This document shows, one piece after another, positions 12,501 to 23,444 of a stretch of DNA of 64,000 nt; the first letter of the stretch is position 1, and the number at the start of each line of letters is the position of its first letter. The stretch comes from Acanthaster planci (taxonomy: Eukaryota). A model generated the notes under the pieces. It was not told where the DNA came from, ran no database searches, and was given only the letters and a program-made list of their open reading frames with translations. The translations under genes and the position numbers were made by a program. Location of the stretch: the NCBI RefSeq assembly GCF_001949145.1, contig NW_019091360.1:437674-501673 (forward strand), written 5' to 3'.

Positions 12501-15500
12501 TTTTTCGGCGGAGTGTGGTCACCCAGTTGCGCCAACTTTGCCCTGAAGTGCACTGCACGGGACAAGCATAAGTTTGATGCTGAGACTATCAACTCCATCT
12601 ATGTGGATGACTGTCTCAAGTCTGTGGCTTCAGAAAAGGAGGCTATCAACCTTGTTAGCCAACTTTGCGAGGCACTTGTGCTTGGTAGCTTTCGTCTCAC
12701 GAAGTTCATAAGTAACTCACGTGAAATCCTGCAGACAATTCTGGAAACTGAACGAGCCAAGGGAGTCCCCTCATTTGATCTTGACCACAAGATGTTGCCT
12801 GCTGAACGTGCTTTGGGCGTTCTGTGGGACATTGAAACAGACATGTTCACCTTCGACAAACACCCGAAGGACAAACCTCTGACACGCCGTGGACTGTTGA
12901 GCACAGTCAGTTCTGTGTACCACCCTCTTCGACTTGCCAGTCCATTTGTGTTGACTGCACAGGTGTTGTTCCTGCAACTATGTAGACTAAAGATTGAATG
13001 GAACAGTCCAATGCCTGATGACATCACCGAGCAGTGGGTCCAGTAGACAACAGACTTGCTAAACCTGCAGAACTTAAGGATACCCTGCAGTATGAAGCCA
13101 TCAGGGTTTGGGGTAGTGGCTTCAGCAAAGTTACACCATTTCTCCGATGCATCAGAGAAAGGATATGGTGCAGTGATATATCTACAACTTCAAGACTTTA
13201 GTGGGCAGACACACTGTGGGCTAGTTATGTCCAAGGCCAAACTGGCTCCCTTGAAGACAACTACCATTCCGCTTTGGAGCTTTCGTCAGCTGTTATTTCG
13301 GTCAAGCTGGATGAGATGATGTGCCAACACTTGACCTTGCCTCTACAAGAGTCAGTGTATTGGAGTGATAGTATAATTGTCTTTCACTACCTCCAGAGTG
13401 AAGATGAGCGGTGCCAGATATTTGTGGCAAATCGTGTTGCTATGATACTGGAGCATTCCACCCCTTCGGAGTGGAGGTATGTAGAATCTGGAGCCAAGCC
13501 AGGATATGATGTCCCTTGAGGCCTAACAGCAGAAGAGCTCATTCAGAATGGTCGATGGATCCGTGGTCCACAATTTTTGTGGAGCGAGGAAGTTGCCTGG
13601 CCCCCACAACCCGATTCTGACAACAAGACACTATCGAGTGAGGCAGAAGTGAAGACGGAAACTCTTGTGTACAGCAGTGAGACCAGTAAGAGTAACGCTG
13701 ACGTACTGTACACCCTCCTGAAGAAATTTACGTCATGGTTTCGCCTCAAAAGGGCAGTTTCCTGGATTTTCAGAGTGAAGGGTATTCTCTTGGGCAGAAT
13801 TCGGAAGCAAGGCATGTCTAAAATGACAGGACCTCCTACTGTCTGTGAGACCCAGGCAGCTGAGAAAGACATCGTAGGATGCCTCCAGAGAAGCAGCTTC
13901 AGTGAGGCCCTTTTGAAGACAAGTTGCTTCCGCAAGCTGTCACCCTTGACATCCAGTAATGGCACTGTTCGTGTTGGAGGTCGAATTGCCAATGCCCCTC
14001 TTGAAGACGACACCAAACACCCGTGGATACTCCCAGCACGCCACCCAGTTATACCGCTCATCGTTAGACATTATCATGTGACACCAGGACACTCCGGAGC
14101 AGAGCACACACTTGCAGAAATCCGTCAACAGTTTTGGATTGTCAAAGGCCGTGCAGCTGTCAAATCTGTCGTCCATAGGTGTATCCCATTCCGACGAAAG
14201 GAAGACTCCCCCAATGACGCAGCGCAAGGCTGACCTGCCACAGGACCGTGTTACCCCTGGACTTCCACCTTTCAGCATGGTTGGTGTGTACCTTTTCGGG
14301 CCATTCGTGGTCAAGCGAGCGAGGAGTGAATTAAAGAGATACGGCTGTCTCTTTACTTGCCTTGCAACGAGAGCCATCCATCTCGAAGTCTGTCACACAC
14401 TGGAGACTGACTCATTCATAAACGCTCTCCAGCGTTTTATCAGTCGTCGTGACAAGCCAGTGGAGGTGAGATCTGACAATGGCCCCAATTTAGTTGGAGA
14501 AGAACGAGAACTGCGACGTGCCATCGAGAGTTGGAATCAGGACAAGATTCATGAGCATCTCCAGAAAGACATCCAATGGGTCTTCAATCCGCCGCCGCTG
14601 CCTTTCACTTTGGTGGCGTGTGGGAAACGCAAAATCAGAACTGTGCATTCCGTTTTGATCAGCCTGCTTGTTCAACAGACACTCGATGATGAAGGACTCC
14701 TTACGCTCATGTGCATTGTAGAAAGCATCGTCAATGGTCGCTCTATAAGCTCTCAAATGACCCTCATGACCCAGCACCACTGACACCAAACCACCTCCTA
14801 CTTCTCCACTCAGGCCCACAATTGCCACCTGGGGAGTTTACAAAGCAGGATCTCTACAAGCGACAGTGGCGACAAGTACAGTATCTGGCCAACCTGTTCT
14901 GGCGACGGTGGCTAAGTGAATATCTGCCATCTCTGCAAGAGCGCCAGAAGTGGATAAATCCGCAACTCAACTTGCGCACTGGTGACCTTGTGTTCGTAAA
15001 GTATGAGAACCCCCCCCGTTACCAGTGGCCACTCAGGCTTGTTTCAGATACCTACCCAGGCAAAGATGGTAAAGTTCGAACAGTCCGAGTGAAGACGCAA
15101 GCGATTGTACAATCGACCTACTGACAAGCTTTGTCTCCTTGAGGGAGAAAAGACTGAGCTGTAGGGATTGTAATGCTGAGAGACAGTTGTTCAAAGGACA
15201 GTTCACGACACTGTAAAGAGGTTGTCTTTATCTGGATATCTTCAAATATTCTGTCGCTTTTTTGCATATTTTGTAATTACCAGTGAGGTCATTAGGGGCC
15301 GGGATGCAGCGGCCAGAATGTCGTTCTGTATTTTGTGTGTTCGCAAATGCAATGACTTGCGTCTTGTGCTGTTTTGTTCCTAGAGGACGCTGTGTGAGCG
15401 CTCACATAATGCCGTGCTACCAGTTTATTCAGCGTTGTGCGGTGAATTTCTGAGAAAATCGTCATTCTTTTGCCGTTAATTTGCGAAAACCTTGCCAGCT

Positions 15501-16689
15501 CAGCAAATTTAACCAATGTAGCCTTTTGCGCTAAAGATCGTCAAACAGTGTGGCTCAGCAATGACACGCACCCGTTTTAGTAACCAAATAATGTGCGTTA
15601 CATGTACATGTAACTGAATGTCACTTTATTTGCTGGAAGGATGTGGCAAGCGAGCTTGGGTGGCTATACAATAACAAAGTCTGAAGTCGGATGATAATAA
15701 TTTGTGACTCAGTTATGACCAGAGGACTTAAATTAAATACAGAGATAGCGCAGAAACACAGCAGTGTGGCATCGTAGAGTACCGTTAATTTGCGAAAACC
15801 TTGCCAGCTCAGCAAAGTGAGTAGTAATTTTTAGTCTTTAGACTCTATGTGAATGTTGTTGTAAGGTTTCCAGCGGATTGAAGTCATAAATGTAAGAGTT
15901 TGTCATTAAAATTTTTCTTTTTTACGTGATCAGGACTTTCGCTGGGCGCTGGGCACGTGCATGTATGTGTAGCTCATTTATCCGCTCCTTTTGACCAGAT
16001 TGTTATTTATTACCTTTTTGAGACAGTTCAGAGCAACAGATTTAAGTTTTGAATAGTTGTACTGGTGTATAGTAACCACGCATACATATGATTTACTTGT
16101 GAATACATCATTTAGTAGTATTTTTGTATTTATAATTTTATATAGTTGAACCACCATCACTGTCCCCTCTGTCACCATTGTCACCACAACTATTGTCACC
16201 GTCACTACCACCACCAGCACAGCAGCTTCCCACTGTCAAACTCAACTACTACTGCTGCTCTACGACGCCACGCTGCTGTGTTTAATTTAAGTCCTCTGAT
16301 CATAACTGAGTCACAAATTATTATCATCCGACTTCAGACGTTGTTATTGCATAGCCACCCAAGCTCGCTTGCCACATCTTTCCAGCAAATAAAGTGACAT
16401 TCAGTTACATGTACATGTAACGGACATTATTTGGTTACTAATCCAGATGCGTGTCAGTGCTGAGCCACACTGTTTGACGATCTGTAGCGCAAAAGGCTAC
16501 ATTAGTTCAAGTTGCTGAGCTGACAAGGTTTTTCGCAAATTAACGGCAAAAGAATGACGATTTTCTCAGAAATTCACCGCACAACGCTGCATAAACTGGT
16601 AGCACGGCATTATGTGAGCGCTCACACAAGACGCAAGTCATTGCATTTGCGAACAAACAAAATACAGAACGACATTAATGGCCGCTACA
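9581..16689 (+). mobile_element. BEL/Pao LTR retrotransposon, rearranged, gag-pol decayed
   Basis: gag LPKTELMTFDGDP and Cys/His knuckles (CVNCLQLGHRAKDC), protease LLDSG (about 11395), RT YVDD (about 12600), LHHFSDAS, integrase [26 protein letters not shown] aggggccggga before 15305; outer ends TGTAGC...GCTACA flanked by tccc/tccc. Confidence 0.92.
15305..16689. repeat. Compound BEL LTR with long inverted arms (15305-15781 vs about 16258-16689)
   Basis: Direct reverse-complement comparison; internal GT-AG intron 15817-16145; aataaa at 16388; LTR end aaaaggctaca at 16501. A third copy of the U5 part lies inverted at 9581-9884. Confidence 0.85.
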
Positions 16690-16825
16690 TCCCCATTCTA
16701 CATGGAGTGGAGAGATGCAATGGAGTGTTGAACGACTCATGGTGAAGGAACCTACCTACCCCTTTCTGCATTTTTGAGAAAGGCCGCAGACAAAGCAAAC
16801 ATGCCATAGTTACGAAGTTGGGGAC
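16690..16825 (+). mobile_element. Older BEL/Pao gag remnant, right half
   Basis: PFYMEWRDAMEC*TTHGEGTYLPLSAFLRKAADKANMP continues the gag interrupted at 9580. Confidence 0.7.
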
Positions 16826-16896
16826 CTGCAGTGAAAAGAGTTTCAATTTTTCGAAAATCAGAAAAAAGTCAACCCTAACAGATTTAGTCTTCAATA

Positions 16897-17405
16897 GCCC
16901 ATCAAATGATATCAGCATATAGAGTGTTGGATTTCCTCGATGGTGAAAAAGACCCTAGAGGCAGTTCATCGCTTCGCTTTCCCCGTTGGCTCTAAATTTG
17001 TGCAGATCTAAAGGTTTCGTGTGTGCTCAAGGTGCATGTACGCCAATACATGAATAAGATTATTCTCAGACTGAAATGAATCACCGTGCACACACGCTTC
17101 AGTTTGTCTTCTGGCCACAGCTTTGTTTTATTTCCAAGACCTCTTAGAATATGGCCAGATACCTGAAGTTTTTTGGGAAAACTGGCAACTAAATTGCATT
17201 TTCATCGGGCACACCAGACACAGCCATGAAATAGGGTAATAATCTTATTCATGTATTGGCGTACATGCACCTTGAGCGCACACGAAACCTTTAGATCTGC
17301 ACAAATTTAGAGCCAACGGGGAAAGCGAAGCGATGAACTGCCACTAGGGTCTTTTTCACCATCGAGGAAATCCAACACTCTATATGCCGATATCATTTGA
17401 TGGGC
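16897..17405. repeat. Near-perfect 168-bp inverted repeat with 173-bp spacer
   Basis: 16897-17064 is the reverse complement of 17238-17405 with only a few mismatches. Confidence 0.9.
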
Positions 17406-19009
17406 CCACCCAAAACACAGCCCCTTAGACCGTGTTAATATTCAGGGCACACCAGACCATGCTACAATTATGGCTCACCAGACCACCACACGTTTAATTA
17501 GGACGCACCAGGCCCACCGTAAATATGCCACACCAGGCAAGCAAAGTTAGGCTACACCTGGCCCACCATTGTTCAACGCTAAACATGGCACAGTAGCCCA
17601 TGTTAATGTAACACTTATAACACACCTGGCTCGCCTATAAATGCTGAATAACAATCAGGCACACCAGACCCTAAAAAAAAGTAAAAGCCTGCAGTCATGT
17701 TTACACCAATTAATTAATAACTCTGTAGTGAAAACTCTAAACCTGAATTATTTAATTTGCAGGCACCCAATGTTTCCTCTTGGAGACTTACGGGAGGAAT
17801 GGCCCATGGTGAACATCCATTGAGCCATTCGAGTGCCTGTCACAAAACATTGAGATTACAGCCATAATGCCTCCATTGTATGCTGTAACTGGTAAAATAA
17901 CTTTTTTGGCCATTACAATAGACCATTTCTTGACTGTGTCTGTCAAAATTCCCGCCCAAAACTGCTTCAAAGTGCCAAGCTGAGTCAAATCTCTATGTAG
18001 GATACGATTCCCCCATTTGAACCGCTGAGGGGAGAAATGGTTCTTGATGAACATCCAAGAAACACAAAACCAAATATTAGCGATAATGCAAAGCACAATG
18101 CCAAAATTTCGTTCGCACAATAACATGTTACTTAACACAAGGTGGAGATGGGGCGGAGGCGGGTAAACAAAAGTTTGAAAGTTGCATTGTCTATTAAATC
18201 TTTACCCTATAAAGGCTGTGACAAAACTGACCTTAAATTACATTCCCTAAATCCATCAAGCCATGCCTCCCATTAAGAAGATGTCCCATTGGTTAAAAGT
18301 TGTCACAGAAGTTCCCTTATTGGTCTAAATTTTCAAATGTTATTGGTTTACAAATTATGCTAATCATTCAGTGGATCCTTTTTAGAATTCTTTGTTTTCT
18401 ACAAATTTTCTAAAAACATTTTAACCAAGATGCTTCCTTCCAATTCCACACATACCTGCAGATAAGGAAAGCTGGTAGAAACACTACCTAATAGTTCATG
18501 CACTACTTCTTGGTAGTTAAGCATAGGAGAGATTTCTCAGTTGTTCTTGTCCAAATTTGCAGTAAAATTGGATCAATTAGCTAGTCAGCTTCACAAAGCT
18601 TTACACATAGTATTGCTTGCAAACTGTTACAATACATACCAACTATTACGCACAGGAGAGATACACACATACGTACCACAAACCAATAACAAAGACCTTC
18701 ATGAAGATGTGCATGTATGTTTTCCACACTCTGCCTACAGCGCAAGCAGAGCTCAATGAATATTCATCACAATGTTGCCCCAAAGCAGCTGATTGGCTTC
18801 CAACAACAGTACAGGATCCCTTGTTGACACAAAATTGCTTATGGCATTTTCCTAGTTCTGGATTGGTAAACCCACTCCGGATCGCGGCAAAAACTTCTTC
18901 ACGCATAACACGTAACCACGCGAGAACCATTTTGACAAGCTGACTTTCTTTCAAGAAGTTTCTAAATAAAAATAAAGTTCATATATCAGAAGTTTAGTGA
19001 ATTAAAAAA

Positions 19010-21620
19010 CACTGAAAGCTTGTCCTAAGGAGTCTTTCAGTTTATTGAGGGTGCAATTTGATACGAGTGAAGAAAAAGTCAGTTTGTTATTGCAAAAAGG
19101 AGTTTATCCCTATGAATATAACAGTTTTGAGAAACTTTAAGAACCCCAATTACCACCCGTTACAAATTTTACAGGACCATAAAACAAGAAAGTAGAACTC
19201 CAAAGGACTACTTCAGAGCGAAACAAGTGTGGGAAACTATTGATAACATAATCTTGGGAGATTACCATGGCACAACTTGTATGTTGTGAGCGACGCTTTC
19301 ATTGGCGGGTGTTTGGGAAAAATTCAGATCTCCGTCAGAAAATTACGGTTTATGCCCAACACACCATACCTAACGGCCCCTTGGTTAAGCGGGGACACCC
19401 TTTTGAACTCAGATAAACATGTCTTCTTTGAAAAGGGAAACTAGGCGGCATATCGAGCATTGGCGCTGCAATTTTTTTAAAGCAAACAATACATACATGT
19501 ATCTCCCCGACTACGACTCAACAAACGATTGTTTTGTTGAGTCGTAGTCGGGGAGATACAACAATTTGTACGGGATGGCGATGAGTCGGCCATTACCAGT
19601 TGGTGATTCTGCGTAGATAACACCGAACAAGTTACATCTGAATGCATCGAATCGCTGTCTCCAACGCGCGACGTGGAGTACATGCTAGAAGTTGTTAGAC
19701 TACCCATAAGAACTTCACGTCTTTCAGAACAATCATCCCCTAGCTCCACAAACCATTGTCATTATATAGCGCTGGCCTGGTTTTCAAAGTATGGAGACAG
19801 AACTGTCGTCAAAGTACCACCCCAAAAATACTGGCACTTTGTATCCAAAATACAAGTATGTGGTGCACTACATTACGTAGTGCACCACATGTATATACAT
19901 GTATATCTCGAATTGGAATTAATACACGCAAAAGTTCACCGAGTCCTGCAATTTAATAAAAACGGTGGATGTGGTCTTACATCGATAAAAATATAAAATT
20001 AAGAGCTAAGGCAAACTCAGATTTTTAAAACGATTTCTTCAAGCTCATGTAGTCCTATAACAGCGTTTTGGAGAGAACGATGGAAAACGTTACAAACAGA
20101 ATAAATGCTCATTTACTCAGAGAAAATGACGTTTATCAAACTAAATATGAAAAGTTAGTAAGCCTGAAGTTTGAAGAGCGTAAATTATCGCTTGTCGAAA
20201 TGTATAAAACGAAAACAATTTTAAACAAACCAATTTACTGCGGTGTGAGTACACTAGAACCTGTTCAAGACGTTAACGTACGGCTTTTACTATTTCAAGT
20301 TAAAAGTCACGTACGGCAACAACGTGAGGTTATTGTACACTGCGCCCACGCTAGCTATCGAGACCGAAGACGTTTACGATGACATGAGAGGGAAGACGCG
20401 GACTATACGCAAGTAATTACGAACTAGACCGTGGGCGAATGAACTTTTGCAAAGGTCATTTGTACATAAAACGATTTACGTAAAGCTCGTGTGTGCGCCA
20501 ATGGGCTGCTGTTGATACAGACGATCGAAATTGATGAAATACGGAAGCTGCTGAAGACGAAAATAAATAGGGAAAAAACAAGAACATAATTAACATTCTG
20601 GAAACCTACAATCCCGTACAGTCTTTTAAAAAATACTACTGAATAGTGTCCCTAAATAATTTTCGATATTTTTCTATATCTTTTAAGGAAAGGAAATTGG
20701 CCAGATTTCCATTTATCACTAACTTCCCCCGCAAGGCCCTATTAGCCCTCAGAAAGCAATAATAATTTTTATTAATATGTCCTAAAAAGTCAAATTTAGC
20801 AGTGAGAAAATCGAAGCATTTTCTTAAAAAACAGAATTTTTCAGACCAGCTTCATAGGGGTTGTGCACACTCAGGGTGTCAAGTGACATTCGTTATGAAC
20901 TCACTCCAGGACATCTTCCCGAAAAGCAGTAATTTTTAAAATACAGTGAAACTGAAAATGGAGGAAAACAGAAATTGTAAATACGTACGAGTTTAAACTA
21001 TAAGGTAATTTCATACAAATTAAAGTTCAATTAAATGTGTGGAGTATGTTGTTGTTCCTTAAACTCCTCAATCGAGCCATGGTCCACAGATAAATTTGAT
21101 CAATTGAAAGACTTAACCAAAACTTGAAAAGAATTTATCAAAATTGAAGCTCTAGCTCAGTGAATTGCCCACTTACCATTCACTAGACAACGAATGTCAC
21201 AGAAGGGCGCCCGCTCAAGACGCACGGTGAAGCGATTTGTTTTATGTACAAATGACCTTTGCCCTACTTTCCAGTCCAGTGCAGCGTACATACGATAATT
21301 ACGAACTGCCTTATTACACCTTTTCAAATGACGACCCAAATTACCCCTTCTTCGACCTAATAAATAAAAATGACGTTGGAAATTTCAGAGACGAATTTGA
21401 AGGGAAGGTTGGAAGTGAATGCGTTTGTATACGACCAGAAAGTACTCAATTTTAACCACCGACACTGTTAATGTGAAAAAGGCCAAAGGCGAAAAATTAA
21501 AACACAAACATTACAGAGATTGTGTCTTTAAAAATGTTTGCTATGTAAGATCTGAAAATCATATAATTTATACTATTATTAGCCAACAAAATTTTTTCAC
21601 TTCATACAAAAAGATTCATT
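19010..21620 (+). mobile_element. Polinton/Maverick (adintovirus-like) protein-primed family B DNA polymerase pseudogene
   Basis: LLLQKGVYPYEY, AKQVWET..LGDYH, GGISSI, KANNTYM, NLYGMAMSRPLPVG, KVHRVLQF, DFFKLM, RTMENV, LNKPIYCG, NKNDVGNFRDE, KKAKG, RSENHIIYT; many stops and frameshifts; insertion at about 20400-21300. Confidence 0.88.
20449..21262. mobile_element. TIR element inserted in pPolB
   Basis: Perfect 24-bp inverted repeat gcaaaggtcatttgtacataaaac (20449-20472 / 21239-21262); the true ends are uncertain. Confidence 0.6.
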
Positions 21621-21829
21621 GGTGTTATCAAGTGACGCCAAAATGTGTTACTTTAACACCGCTAGTTTTACTTCACAAGTGTTACGATGCACCAGAGAAT
21701 GTAACACCAACATAGTTGAAATAACGCCCAAACAGAACACCCAAACACCGGTAAAAAGTGTTAGCACGGTCCTCTGGTAACACCGATTTAACACCCCGGT
21801 TTTCGTAATGTATACATTTTACCCGCTGG

Positions 21830-22551
21830 TTTGAAAACGCTGGCCTGCGGTCGCTATCGCTTAATTTGAACAGTTACAATAATATAACGTAAGACCTGTG
21901 TTAACTTTCACGCCATTGATGCTTTTAAACTGACTCGTTCTTTTCTCGATTTGATAAACATTGATGCTCCAAATTGGGTCTGTGGCTCTTCTTGTGGTGC
22001 CTCTCTCTTGTTTACCTGGGTAATACAGATATCTCACCAAAGCAAACTTAGGGCGCTCTGGCCGATTGGTGCTGCTTGCTCTTGTTTTAACACCTTGAGC
22101 CGGACTTCATGGCTGTTTGGGTTTTGTATCAACCTTGTCGTTTCTTCATTAACAGCTTTCAGAACTTGGGGTAATCGATCGACCAACTCGACGTTTCTCT
22201 CACCTGGGTTCAACATTAAGGTTTGTACTGATGTCCAAAGAGTCTCTGAAAGTTCTATTGAACCACTCTACGATGCCTTAAGACTTGTGAACACCAGGTT
22301 CACCCACGATGACTTCTACATCTTTTGACTGTTACACTTTTTTTTAATCTCGCCTTTTAATTCTGTGCAAGAATCTATACGTTGGTTGTCAAAGTCAGAG
22401 TTGACCTTTTGTAAATCTCAATCAGAGCGTCTGTCACTTAACCAGCAGTTGTTTGAAGCATGTGTTTAATAGTAGCCCCATGTTTGAAGTCAGCGGCACT
22501 GCATGCTTCAAGTTGGACCGGCTGGCCACGTTGACCGCTTAACGCGTATTT
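21830..22551 (-). mobile_element. Polinton-type retroviral-like integrase pseudogene
   Basis: Minus-strand KYAL..., DALIEIYKRS, IVEWFNRT..RLFGHQY, VDRLPQVLKAVNEETTRL, RYLYYPGKQERGTTRRATDPIWSINVYQI; convergent with pPolB. Confidence 0.75.
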
Positions 22552-22555
22552 TTAA

Positions 22556-22726
22556 CCCCTTCACGGCGGGATTATTTTGACCGCGACTGCTGGGCCCTGA
22601 ATGGAGGGCTTTGTCCAGCAGCAGGCCCCATTGAACCTGCAGCTGCATCGTGAATAGACTGTATGTGTGGTATGCACTAATCCTCCCACAGCGGTGTGGC
22701 AGTAGCAGTCCTCCGTAGCGAAGGGG
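22556..22726. mobile_element. piggyBac-type MITE family A, copy 1
   Basis: TTAA-CCCCTTC...GAAGGGG; homologous to 44251-44434. Confidence 0.75.
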
Positions 22727-23444
22727 CTTGGGGCTTTACTTTATCCCAAGGTAAATACAAAACGTCCATTTTGATACATGTTGTTTGGTTTTGCAAATTC
22801 TTTTTTTTTCAACGTCAAGGGGCTGAATACATAACTCGGGAGTGGGAGGAAAACTTGCCAGATGGCTTTCTCAGCCATTTTCTAATGACCTCGAGTCGAC
22901 ACCGGTTTTCTCAGGAAATTGACCCACTACTCATTCACCTTTCCAATAACCTTTAGGACTGTAGTACATTTAGACAATTGCTGTGATTCCCCTCTCGTTT
23001 CATTTTATTCAACCAATTTATTACCGCTTGCTGATGTAATGAACTAGGTACCAAACAGCCGTTGTTCCGCAAAGATAAACATAAAGAAAGGTATGAAAGA
23101 AACTGGCCCTTAACAAATATTGACATTCCTATATTTAAAAATGGATGAATCTGTTATAAGTAGCGTGAGCTACTATTGGCGCTCTCCATGGAAATATGCA
23201 GTATAGTTGTTGCAGCATGAATAATCCTTCCCGAATCAGGTTGCTCATGGAGCCATTATACACAAGAAGTAAGCACATACAGAGATCAAAGGGTCAATGA
23301 TGGCCACTGCAAGCACTGCACGTGCTGCAAGGACAAAACAAATTATGCGCCACTAGCAGGCTGTAAGAAAAGCTCGGAGTTGCATTCGCAAAGAATTGTG
23401 AGTACCGCGCATGCGTGTCCGTAACACTTCCGCATGTTCAACAT

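Noticed and set aside
9876..15124. Functional gag-pol gene
   Set aside because: Numerous stops and frameshifts; the 5' end of gag is deleted.
18145..18350. Promoter (GC box, TATA-like, three ATTGG)
   Set aside because: Element order is inconsistent with one orientation and there is no associated gene.
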